A stretch of 64,000 bases of DNA from an uncultured Chloroflexia bacterium (lineage in GTDB: Bacteria; Chloroflexota; Anaerolineae; CG2-30-64-16). This document shows positions 55,799 to 64,000 of the stretch, piece after piece (position 1 is the first letter of the stretch; every line of letters begins with the position of its first letter). A model generated the notes under the pieces. That model had not been told where the DNA came from and made no database searches. It saw only the letters and a program-made list of their open reading frames with translations. The DNA lies in NCBI GenBank assembly GCA_963774265.1, contig CAVZDU010000003.1, positions 416,001 through 480,000 on the forward strand, in the 5' to 3' direction. Both the position numbers and the translations under genes were made by a program.

Positions 55799-56716
55799 AT
55801 GAAGATCGACGCAACCACAGCCACCCCGCACATCACACGCTCGCATCGCGGCTTGTTGCTCGCCGCATCCATCATGACGACCCTGCTGGTGACACTCGGC
55901 GGCATCGTCTGCGCGACCGAGTCTGGCGCAGGCTGCCCCGACTGGCCGGGCTGTTACGGCCGCATCGTGCCGCCGCCGCAGATCAATGCGATCATCGAGT
56001 ATACGCACCGCCTGGTCGCGGCCCTGACGTCGCCGCTGATCATCGCAGCCGCAGCCGTCAGCTGGCGAAATGCCCGCGCAATCCGATGGGTGAGCCGCCC
56101 GCTTGCGATCTCGATCGTTTTTCTCCTGGCCGTCGTCACCTTCGGCGCGTTCGCAGTGCTGACCGGCCTGCCGCCGATTCTCGCCGCCATCGACCTTGGT
56201 TCCGCACTGATCGTGCTGGCGCTCGTTGTCACCGCAACGGTGGTCGCTCGGGCGCGGTGGTCGGATCCTGACCTGCCGGATCGTCTCTCGTTTAGCAGCA
56301 TCCCTGCCCTGCTCGGCATCGGGGCGCTGGCCGCGGTCTTCGCCTTGCACGTGAGCGGCGTGCTGGTCGCCGGCAAGGGTTCGCTCACGCGCTGCCTTGG
56401 CTGGCCGATGTGGCGGCTGCTGCCGGACGATCTTGCGGGTTGGCCACAAATCGCCAGGCTCGCTCTTGCGGCAGTCGCGGCCGTGCTGGTCTTGGCTGTG
56501 ACGGTCCAGGCGTGGAGATCCGGGCGTAGACGCGCCGCCGCGGCGGCCGGTGCGGCGTTTCTGGCCGAAATGGCCACGAGCGTGCTGTTGTTGACCGCGG
56601 GCACCAGCCCACTCTTGCTGGTGATCCACGTCGCCGCGGCCGCGAGTCTGTGGGCCGTGCTCGTAGTGTTAGCAGTGCTTTCAGGAGAAAACCAATGCAG
56701 CAGAATGACTGGGTGA
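55799..56716 (+). CDS. COX15/CtaA (heme A synthase)-family membrane protein
   Basis: GCPDWPGC, IEYTHRL, about eight TM helices. Confidence 0.8.
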   Translation: MKIDATTATPHITRSHRGLLLAASIMTTLLVTLGGIVCATESGAGCPDWPGCYGRIVPPPQINAIIEYTHRLVAALTSPLIIAAAAVSWRNARAIRWVSRPLAISIVFLLAVVTFGAFAVLTGLPPILAAIDLGSALIVLALVVTATVVARARWSDPDLPDRLSFSSIPALLGIGALAAVFALHVSGVLVAGKGSLTRCLGWPMWRLLPDDLAGWPQIARLALAAVAAVLVLAVTVQAWRSGRRRAAAAAGAAFLAEMATSVLLLTAGTSPLLLVIHVAAAASLWAVLVVLAVLSGENQCSRMTG

Positions 56717-57030
56717 AGGAATTTCCGTGCACGATCTGGGTGTGCGACCGGGATGGCATCATGCTTGAAATGAACGACCACGCGGCAGACACGCAGGAGG
56801 GGGGTCGCGACCTGATCGGGACGAACATCCTCGACTGTCATCCCGAGCCCGCGGCCATGAAGCTCGCAGAGCTGCTGGCCAGCGGGCAGGCGAACATCTA
56901 CACGATCGAGAAGGCCGGCAAGCGGAAGCTGATTTACCAGGCGCCATGGTATGAGGACGGGGTCTATGCGGGGTTCGTGGAGCTATCGCTGCCCCTGCCG
57001 GCTGAGATGCCGCATTTCGTGCGGAGCTGA
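56695..57030 (+). CDS. Stand-alone PAS-domain protein
   Basis: VCDRDG.MLEMN, LIG.NILDCHP, YTIEK.GKRKLIYQAPW. Confidence 0.8.
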   Translation: MQQNDWVKEFPCTIWVCDRDGIMLEMNDHAADTQEGGRDLIGTNILDCHPEPAAMKLAELLASGQANIYTIEKAGKRKLIYQAPWYEDGVYAGFVELSLPLPAEMPHFVRS

Positions 57031-57077
57031 AAGCAAACAGCCGGGGAGTTCTCAATACCGAGACCTGATCGCCCGGC

Positions 57078-58173
57078 TCAGCTGACCTTCCCACGCGCCG
57101 CGATGGGCCAGACCGCCTCCAGCACGCCCGCCGCGGATCACATGGTACTCGTCGTGCAGGTTGATGGTGGTGCAGCCGTGGTTGGGCACGAGCTCGACCT
57201 TGTCGCCGAGTTTGAGTGGCGCGCCACCGTGCGCCGCAGGTGGCCGTGCTCCTCCGATAGACCGACGAGCTCCCAGCCCGGCGGTGCGCTGAGCCTGGGC
57301 AGTCCGAAGTCGCGCGTGAGCGTCTTGAGCCCGGCGTCGATGATCACCCGGTCGAGCAGAACGCACGCTGGTCACCGTCGCCAGCACCGTCAGCCCATAG
57401 GCAAAGTCGATGCCGACCTCCTCCCGATACTGGCTGTCCATCGTGATGTACGAACCGACCTGGATCTCAGTGACGCCAGGATGGCGCCCCGTGATGAGGC
57501 TGGTGCCGGTGCCGCCGCTGCTCACAATCTTGACCGGGATGCCGTGGCGCCGCAGAAGATCGGCCGTATCCACCAGCTGTATCACGCTGGCTTCGGTCTT
57601 TTCGCGGCGCTCCTCCAGGTCCTGGATGAACACCGTGTGACCTTCGTAACCCATCAGCCCCTCAAGACGGAGGCCGGGGGATGCGGCGACGCGCTGCGCC
57701 AATTCAAGGGCCGGCGCACCAGGCAGCACCCCGCAGCGATCCATGCCGATATTGAGCTCGACCAGGACTCGCAGCCGTATGCCCTTCGCTTGCGCCGCCG
57801 CATCCAGCTCGGCTACGTTCGCCGCGTCATCTACGGCCACCATGACCTCGGTGTAGCCCGCCAGGTTCACCAGTCTCGCAATCTTGCCGGCGCCAACGAC
57901 CTGGTTGGCGATCAGGATGTCTTTGATGCCTGCGGCGGCCATCACCTCCGCTTCGCCCAGCTTGGCACACGTGATGCCGATCGCGCCCGCCGCGATCTGC
58001 ATTTGTGCGAGCATCGGGGACTTGTGCGTCTTAGCGTGCGGGCGCAGACGCACCGGACCGTCTCGAAAGAGGTCAGCCATGCGCTGGATATTCGTCTCGA
58101 CGGCCTCGATATCCAGGCACAATGCCGGAGTATCCAGGTCAGCCTTTGCGGTGCCGACAGATGATCGTGCCAC
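57078..58173 (-). CDS. DSD1/D-threonine aldolase-family PLP enzyme (two indels)
   Basis: LDTPAL, RPHAKTHK, RCGV, GYEGH, GGTGT, PNHGCTT.NLH. Confidence 0.88.
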
Positions 58174-58230
58174 GCTTCTTCTCCCTTCGATATCGTGTAG
58201 CAGCGGTGAACAGGGCCAAACGGGCACGCA

Positions 58231-59535
58231 TCACGTGAGCCAATCGGCGATGGTCAGGGCGTAGGTCTTGGTCAGGGTGATCAGGTCCTCTACGGACACC
58301 CACTCATCCGGCGCGTGCGCGTTGGCCCCGCGTGGGCCCAGGATCACGACGGGTGTGGGGCTGTGCAGGTTAAAGATGAATCCATCGCAGGCGAACGGCG
58401 CAGGCCCGAACGTCGGTGGCAGACCGGTTAGCGAGCCCAGGTTGGCTGCCAACGCCCCAACGGCGGGATGATCTTCGACCATGCTGCTGCCGGCCAGGAA
58501 GCGCGTACGTTCTTCCCAGCGCGTGGTCACCCGCTGCAAAGTGGGTGTCGTTTCGGTCGCACGGGCGACCACCCCTTTGAGCTCCGTTTGCAGCTCATCT
58601 TCGGTCACCCCAGGCGGAATCTCGATCCAGAACTCCACCCAGGCAGTGTCGGGGATGGCTTCGCCGGTGCCCCACGGCAACAACTCACCGGCCCGCAATA
58701 CGAAGGGCATGAGGGGAAACACGTCGTTCTCGAACCCTTTGGGTTTCGGCCGCGCCTGGCGTTCCGTGTTGTAATTGTCCAGCGCGGCCAGCAGGTGGCC
58801 GAGCGCGGTCGTCGGGTCGCGCCAGACCGTCTTACCGAACCCCATGCCTGCCCCCTGAGAACTGGTGAAGAGGCGGAACTGCTGGCCGCCACGGTGTGCC
58901 GTGCTGACCAGCATGTTATTCGGCTCGGGCAAGATGGCAAGATCGGCGTTGTAACCGCGCAACCGGCAGGCCAGGGTCCCCTGGGCGCTGCCGAACTCCT
59001 CGTCAACCACGGTCTCCAGGATCAGATCGCCTTTCAGCGGCAAGCCCAGCTCACGAATGCAGGCCGCGGCGGTAAGATACGCGGCGATGCCGCCCTTCAT
59101 GTCGCTGGCCCCGCGGCCGTACAGGCTGCCGTCCACCACCGTGCCATCCCACCAGCCATACGTCCCTTCGCCCACGGCCGGCACTACGTCGACGTGGCCG
59201 GTAAACAGCAAGGACCTGCGCCCCGATGCCAGGCCCACATCGCCGCCCGGCAACGGCGTCAACACGCCAACGACGTTGGGCCGATCGGTGTAGTCATGCC
59301 CTGGCCAGTACGCCGGATGTTCGGTCAGGCCTGCAACTTCGAGCGGGTTGAAGACATCCAGCTGGCAGCCGAGGTCGCGCAGGTAATCGGCGACGAACAT
59401 CTGGCACGCCTTTTCGGCGCCGTGCGGCGGCTTGTTCTCGCTGGGTATGCGCACCAGGGATTGCGCCAGCCCGACCACATCGGCCCGGTGGGACTCAACC
59501 CACGCCAGGATCGCGTCGCGTGGTACCGTGGTCAT
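58231..59535 (-). CDS. M20 metallopeptidase/deacylase (ArgE/DapE family)
   Basis: GHVDVV, YGRGASDMKGG, DEE, AHAPDE. Confidence 0.9.
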   Translation of the reverse strand: MTTVPRDAILAWVESHRADVVGLAQSLVRIPSENKPPHGAEKACQMFVADYLRDLGCQLDVFNPLEVAGLTEHPAYWPGHDYTDRPNVVGVLTPLPGGDVGLASGRRSLLFTGHVDVVPAVGEGTYGWWDGTVVDGSLYGRGASDMKGGIAAYLTAAACIRELGLPLKGDLILETVVDEEFGSAQGTLACRLRGYNADLAILPEPNNMLVSTAHRGGQQFRLFTSSQGAGMGFGKTVWRDPTTALGHLLAALDNYNTERQARPKPKGFENDVFPLMPFVLRAGELLPWGTGEAIPDTAWVEFWIEIPPGVTEDELQTELKGVVARATETTPTLQRVTTRWEERTRFLAGSSMVEDHPAVGALAANLGSLTGLPPTFGPAPFACDGFIFNLHSPTPVVILGPRGANAHAPDEWVSVEDLITLTKTYALTIADWLT

Positions 59536-59565
59536 GATCGGTTATCCTCCCCTGTCTCGCGCAGA

Positions 59566-60321
59566 TCAATCCGCCAACTGTCCGCCGTCAATGAGGATTG
59601 CATCGCCGTGGACAAACGAGGCATCGTCTGAGGCCAGGAAGGCAATCACCGCAGCAACCTCTTCCGGCTTGCCCGTGCGCCGCAGCGGGATCTTGTTCTG
59701 GATGTAAGCGTTCACAAACTCGTCGCTGTCCATGGACGAGGTGCTCTCGGTGACGATGTAGCCGGGACAGACGCAGTTGACCCGGATGCCGTAAGGGCCC
59801 AGCTCAAGCGCCAGCGTCTTCGTGAGCAGCACCACGCCGCCCTTGGCGGCATTGTAGTGCGCGTAGTACCGCTCACCCGCCAGCCCATTGGTCGACGCCA
59901 TGTTGACGATCACGCCCGCGCGGCGCTCCTTGAAGTGGGGAATCACCGCCTGGGTCATCAGAAACGTACCCTTCAGGTCCACGTTCATGATGCTGTCCCA
60001 GCGCGCCTCAGTGATGTCCTCAAAATGGTCCTCGTAGTAAATGCCGGCGTTATTGACCAGGATATCCACGCCGCCCATCGTCGCCAGCGCCTCCTGAACG
60101 GTGGCCAGGTCATCCGCCTTGACCGACACATCCGCGGCAAAGGGATAGACAGCCGCCCCCGTCTCAGCGGCGATCTGTCGCGCTGTGGCATCGGCAGCGG
60201 CGCCGTCCACGTCCGTCAACATGATAGTCGCGCCCTCGGCCGCAAAACGGGCCACCGTCGCTTTTCCGATGCCATTCGCCCCGCCGGTAACGATCACCCG
60301 CTTGCCCTCGAATCTGCGCAT
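59566..60321 (-). CDS. Classical short-chain dehydrogenase/reductase
   Basis: TGGANGIG, NNAG, YNAAK, CPG. Confidence 0.92.
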   Translation of the reverse strand: MRRFEGKRVIVTGGANGIGKATVARFAAEGATIMLTDVDGAAADATARQIAAETGAAVYPFAADVSVKADDLATVQEALATMGGVDILVNNAGIYYEDHFEDITEARWDSIMNVDLKGTFLMTQAVIPHFKERRAGVIVNMASTNGLAGERYYAHYNAAKGGVVLLTKTLALELGPYGIRVNCVCPGYIVTESTSSMDSDEFVNAYIQNKIPLRRTGKPEEVAAVIAFLASDDASFVHGDAILIDGGQLAD

Positions 60322-60420
60322 GCTGTCCTCCTGACAGCGATTATAGTATCATAGCGGCGCAGTGTGCCAACGAGCGGCGACTGCGTGACCCTCACCTGAA
60401 GCCCGGACTTCGGATTCGCC

Positions 60421-60450
60421 TTGACAGGAGTGTGTCCCTGGCCGTACACT
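60421..60450 (+). promoter_or_regulatory. Promoter of the nahK-like operon
   Basis: TTGACA-18 bp-TACACT. Confidence 0.5.
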
Positions 60451-60547
60451 ACGAGAAGTCTTCGGCTCCGGGCTTGTCAGCCATGACAGACCCACGCGCA
60501 GCCGGCCGACGAGATCGGGCGCTACTAAACGCTGGGAGCGTACGTGG

Positions 60548-61648
60548 ATGATCCCCGGACTTGACGAAGTCGCCAGGCAATTCTGTTTCCAGGGCCACTG
60601 CATCGAGGCGATGCCCTACGGCACCGGGCACATCAACCGCACCTACGTAACTCGCTGCGCCGCGCCCGGGGATGGCCGCCGCCGCTATCTTCTGCAGTGC
60701 ATTAATGTCAACGTCTTCCCCGATCCCCCCGCCCTGATGGAGAACATCGAGCGGGTCACCCGTCATCTGCGGTCCAGGATCTCCGCGGCCGGCGGCGATC
60801 CGCAGCGCGAAACACTGAATCTTGTTCCCACCACAGACGGCGCCCTTTTTCACAAGGATTCGGCCGGGAACACCTGGCGAGCCTACCTGTTCATCGAAGG
60901 CGCGCAGGCCTATGAAATGGCGACCAGCCTGGCGCATGTCTACAACGCAGGCCAGGCCTTCGGCAACTTCCAGCGCATGCTGGCGGATTTCCCGGCCAAC
61001 GCGCTGCACGAGGTGCTGCCGGGCTTCCACGACACCCCCCGCCGCTTTGCCGCCTTCGTTGAAACTTTGGCGCGCGATCGGGTTAACCGGGCGGCGGGCG
61101 CGCGGGAGGAGATCAGATTCATCGAGCAGCGCGCTTCAGAGACCGCCGTGCTGGCAGAGCTCCTGGACCAGGGGAGGCTGCCGATTCAGGTGACCCACTA
61201 CGATGCCAAGTTCAGCAACGTGCTGATGGATGATATCACCGGGAAGGGCCTGTGCGTGATCGATCTGGACACGGTCATGGCGGGTTCGGTGCTATATGAC
61301 TTCGGGGACGCGGCGCGGGCCGGGGCCGCGCTGGCAGCCGAGGATGAGCCCGATTTCGCCCGAGCCGGCATCTCGCTGGAGACCTTCGAGGCCCTCACGC
61401 GCGGCTACCTCGACGCGGCGCGCGGCTTCCTGACCCCGACCGAACTCGACTATCTCCCCTTCGCTGCCCGGCTGATCACCCTGGAGCAGGCCATCCGCTT
61501 CCTGAACGATTACCTGAACGGCGATATCTACTACAAGATAAACCGGCCGGCCCATAACCTGGACCGCGCACGCACGCAGATCCAAATGCTGCATGACATG
61601 GAAAAGCAGTATGACAGCATGGTTGCGATCGTAACGCGGTACCGGTGA
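60548..61648 (+). CDS. APH-fold sugar kinase, N-acetylhexosamine 1-kinase (NahK)-like
   Basis: GHIN.TY, FHDTP.R, H.D.K..N, VIDLDTVM, DFGD, RFL.DYL.GD.YYK, NL.RA..Q. Confidence 0.8.
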   Translation: MIPGLDEVARQFCFQGHCIEAMPYGTGHINRTYVTRCAAPGDGRRRYLLQCINVNVFPDPPALMENIERVTRHLRSRISAAGGDPQRETLNLVPTTDGALFHKDSAGNTWRAYLFIEGAQAYEMATSLAHVYNAGQAFGNFQRMLADFPANALHEVLPGFHDTPRRFAAFVETLARDRVNRAAGAREEIRFIEQRASETAVLAELLDQGRLPIQVTHYDAKFSNVLMDDITGKGLCVIDLDTVMAGSVLYDFGDAARAGAALAAEDEPDFARAGISLETFEALTRGYLDAARGFLTPTELDYLPFAARLITLEQAIRFLNDYLNGDIYYKINRPAHNLDRARTQIQMLHDMEKQYDSMVAIVTRYR

Positions 61649-61679
61649 CGTGATAGGGTCGCGTAGAATCGGAGGAACC

Positions 61680-62462
61680 ATGAACGGCAAACCGGAAGTA
61701 ACGGAGGGGCGCACCAGCGTGATTCTCGAAGCTTGCGTCGACTCCGTCGAAGCTGCGCTGGCTGCACAGGCAGGGGGCGCAGATCGCGTGGAGTTGTGCG
61801 CCGATCTACTCGCAGGCGGATGCACGCCCAGCCCGGGGACAATTCAGCTTGCCCGCGAGCTCCTTGCCATCCCCATGCATGTCATTATCCGGCCGCGCGG
61901 TGGCGACTTCTGCTATTCGGACGCCGAGTTCGCAGCGATGAGGCTGGACATCGACTACTGCAAGCAGGTGGGTGCGCAGGGTGTGGTGATCGGCATCCTC
62001 AATCCCGACGGCACGGTGGACAGCGGGCGCACGCGTGAGCTGATCGCACTGGCCCGGCCGCTGAGCGTCACCTTCCATCGCGCCTTCGATATGACGGTTG
62101 ATCCATTTGCGGCGCTCGAAATGCTGATCCACCTGGGGGTCGATCGCATCCTGACAACCGGCCAGGAAGCGTCAGTGCTGGAGGGGTTGGATCTGATCGC
62201 CGACCTCGTCCGAAAGGCAGACGGGCTGGTGATCCTGATGCCTGGGGTGCCCGGCAACGTCAGCGAACGCAGCCTCGCCAGGATCATCACCCAAAGCGGC
62301 GCCCGTGAGGTGCATACTTATGCACCGATGACCCTCGACGGCCGGATGGTGTATCGCAACCCGCGCGTCTTCATGGGCGGCGAGCTGCGACCGCCCGAGT
62401 ATACCCTGAGCCTGACCGATGCAGAACGCATCCGGGTGCTTAAGGGCCTTCTGAAGAGCTGA
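61680..62462 (+). CDS. cutC: CutC family protein
   Basis: LEACVDS, GADRVELC, IRPRGGDF, TFHRAFD, RILT.G. Confidence 0.92.
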   Translation: MNGKPEVTEGRTSVILEACVDSVEAALAAQAGGADRVELCADLLAGGCTPSPGTIQLARELLAIPMHVIIRPRGGDFCYSDAEFAAMRLDIDYCKQVGAQGVVIGILNPDGTVDSGRTRELIALARPLSVTFHRAFDMTVDPFAALEMLIHLGVDRILTTGQEASVLEGLDLIADLVRKADGLVILMPGVPGNVSERSLARIITQSGAREVHTYAPMTLDGRMVYRNPRVFMGGELRPPEYTLSLTDAERIRVLKGLLKS

Positions 62463-62481
62463 CACGTCAGCGAAGGATCTC

Positions 62482-64000
62482 ATGCCTGATCAGCCATTCA
62501 CCCACCTGCACCGCCCCTTGAAAGCCGTCATCCTGGCTGCCGGCGCCAGGTCCATCACCGGGGATGGCCTGCCCCTGCTGCTCCAGGAATTGAGCGGGCG
62601 CAAGATCATCGACTATGTCGTTGCCAACGCGGCGCAGGTCGTGGCGCCGGCCGACACCTATGTCGTCGTAGGCCACCGCCGGGAGGCCATCCAGGCGCAT
62701 TTGGGGCCGGGCTACCAATACGTCGTGCAGGAGACGGCGCGTGGCACGGGCGATGCGGTCCGCCAGATCCGGCCGCTGCTCCGGGACTACGACGGCGACC
62801 TGTTGATCCTTTACGGTGACACGCCACTCTTTGGGTCGGCCTCGATTCGAGGCCTGATCAACCGCCACCGCCTGCGTGCGGCCAACTTGACATTGCTCAC
62901 GGCGGTTGCCGACCGGCCATACCCTTACGGTCGCGTGATCCGCGACAGCGATGGCCGCATCGTCGATATCATCGAGGAGGCGCAGGCATCGGCTCGCGTG
63001 AGGGAGATTCGAGAACTGAACGTCGGCGCGTACGTCGTTTCTGCACAGCAAATCTGGCCGGTGCTGGAGGCGCTCACACCGTCGCCGGTGGACGACGAGT
63101 TCCGGCTGACCGACTCGGCCCACCGCTTGATTCACTATGGCCTGGCCGTCGAGAGTTACCAGATCTACGATCCCGACGAGATCCAGGGTATCAACACTCG
63201 CGCCGATCTGGAGCGGGCCGAGTTCATCCTGCAACGACGTCTTTTCCGACCACGACGGCAGGAAGAACGCAATATCGTCCAGTTCGGCACCGGCGGCTGG
63301 CGTGCTGTCATCGGTGAAGGATTCACCCTCCACAATGTGCGCCGGCTGTGCCAGGCGCTGGCCAACGACATTACCCGCCGTGGGCTGGAGAAACGGGGTG
63401 TGCTGATCGGCTACGACCGCCGGTTCCTGTCCAACCAGGCCGCAGAGGCTGCGGCGGAGGTTTTCGCCGGCAACAACATCCAAACCATCCTGCTGACCGA
63501 AGACGCACCCACCCCGCTGATTAACTACGCCACCGAGCTTGTCAACTCGGCCTTTGGGTTGGCGTTTACCGCCAGCCATAACCCGCCGGACTGGAACGGT
63601 CTCAAAGTCTTCCACGGCGACGGCTCGCTGCTGCGGACCGAGGAGACCGATCAGATCGAGGACGAAACCAATCACCTGAACCTGGACGACGTGGTGAAGA
63701 TCCCGCTGGATATCGCGCTCGCGGCCGGCATCGTCGTGCGCCGGGACTTCGTCAACGAGTACGTGGACCGGGTCGAGTCCTTCGTCGACCTGGATGCCAT
63801 TCGCCAGGCGGGGCTGAAGGTCGTTGTGGACCCGATGTACGGCGTGGGACATCTGACGTTGGGCATCATCCTCAATGAGGCGCGCTGCCGGGTGACCTTC
63901 ATCCACGAGCGGCGCAATCCGCTCTTCGGCGGTCGATCGCCCGCGCCCGATCTGGAGGCGCTGCGCTTGCTGCGGACGATCGTGCGCGAGGAGCACTTCG
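62482..64000 (+). CDS. Fusion of a GlmU-like nucleotidyltransferase domain and a phosphoglucomutase/phosphomannomutase; runs off the window
   Basis: Hand translation: AVILAAG, Q...RGTG.AV, LYGDTP, YGRV.R, GINTR; then FGTGGWR, GYDRR, PTP, TASHNP, DPMYG. Confidence 0.88.
   Translation, partial: MPDQPFTHLHRPLKAVILAAGARSITGDGLPLLLQELSGRKIIDYVVANAAQVVAPADTYVVVGHRREAIQAHLGPGYQYVVQETARGTGDAVRQIRPLLRDYDGDLLILYGDTPLFGSASIRGLINRHRLRAANLTLLTAVADRPYPYGRVIRDSDGRIVDIIEEAQASARVREIRELNVGAYVVSAQQIWPVLEALTPSPVDDEFRLTDSAHRLIHYGLAVESYQIYDPDEIQGINTRADLERAEFILQRRLFRPRRQEERNIVQFGTGGWRAVIGEGFTLHNVRRLCQALANDITRRGLEKRGVLIGYDRRFLSNQAAEAAAEVFAGNNIQTILLTEDAPTPLINYATELVNSAFGLAFTASHNPPDWNGLKVFHGDGSLLRTEETDQIEDETNHLNLDDVVKIPLDIALAAGIVVRRDFVNEYVDRVESFVDLDAIRQAGLKVVVDPMYGVGHLTLGIILNEARCRVTFIHERRNPLFGGRSPAPDLEALRLLRTIVREEHF

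Noticed and set aside
8750-57400. Frameshifts as programmed recoding or phase variation
   Set aside because: Scattered through unrelated housekeeping-type genes with no consistent slippery motif; better explained by sequencing indels.
60399-60475. Stem-loop upstream of nahK as a glmS ribozyme
   Set aside because: Lacks the glmS core; the 9-bp IR brackets a sigma70 promoter, so most of it would not be in the transcript.
62467-63996. 509-aa minus-strand ORF
   Set aside because: Antisense shadow of the GlmU/PGM fusion, which the ORF track misses because it has no stop in the window.

Overview
GC-rich bacterial chromosomal window, probably from a Chloroflexota (Anaerolineae-like) genome. That placement is an inference from a secreted protein ending in YLPLVLR, large DUF11/PKD surface proteins and SARP-STAND regulators. 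Many single-base indels split otherwise intact genes, which looks like an unpolished long-read assembly. Contents: several large secreted or surface proteins; a RAYT transposase with GTAG-type REP arrays inside and around it; a complete ISNCY-type IS (TIRs plus 9-bp target duplication); an MNT-HEPN toxin-antitoxin pair; a LacI-controlled ketose ABC/kinase operon; a methyleneglutarate-mutase-like B12 enzyme; a NahK-CutC-GlmU/PGM operon; and several short gene remnants. Top leads: (1) a ~5.4-kb module (40.76-46.17 kb) with a primase-helicase carrying an internal ~56-bp inverted repeat pair, an RHH protein, an unknown ORF and terS-terL, with no capsid, portal or integrase and three GAAC-N4-ATTC (SOS-box-like) sites in its promoters; (2) twin promoters with five 11-bp-phased repeats flanking a SARP-STAND regulator. 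I saw no rRNA, tRNA or CRISPR array. Family assignments come from motif recognition; no searches were run.
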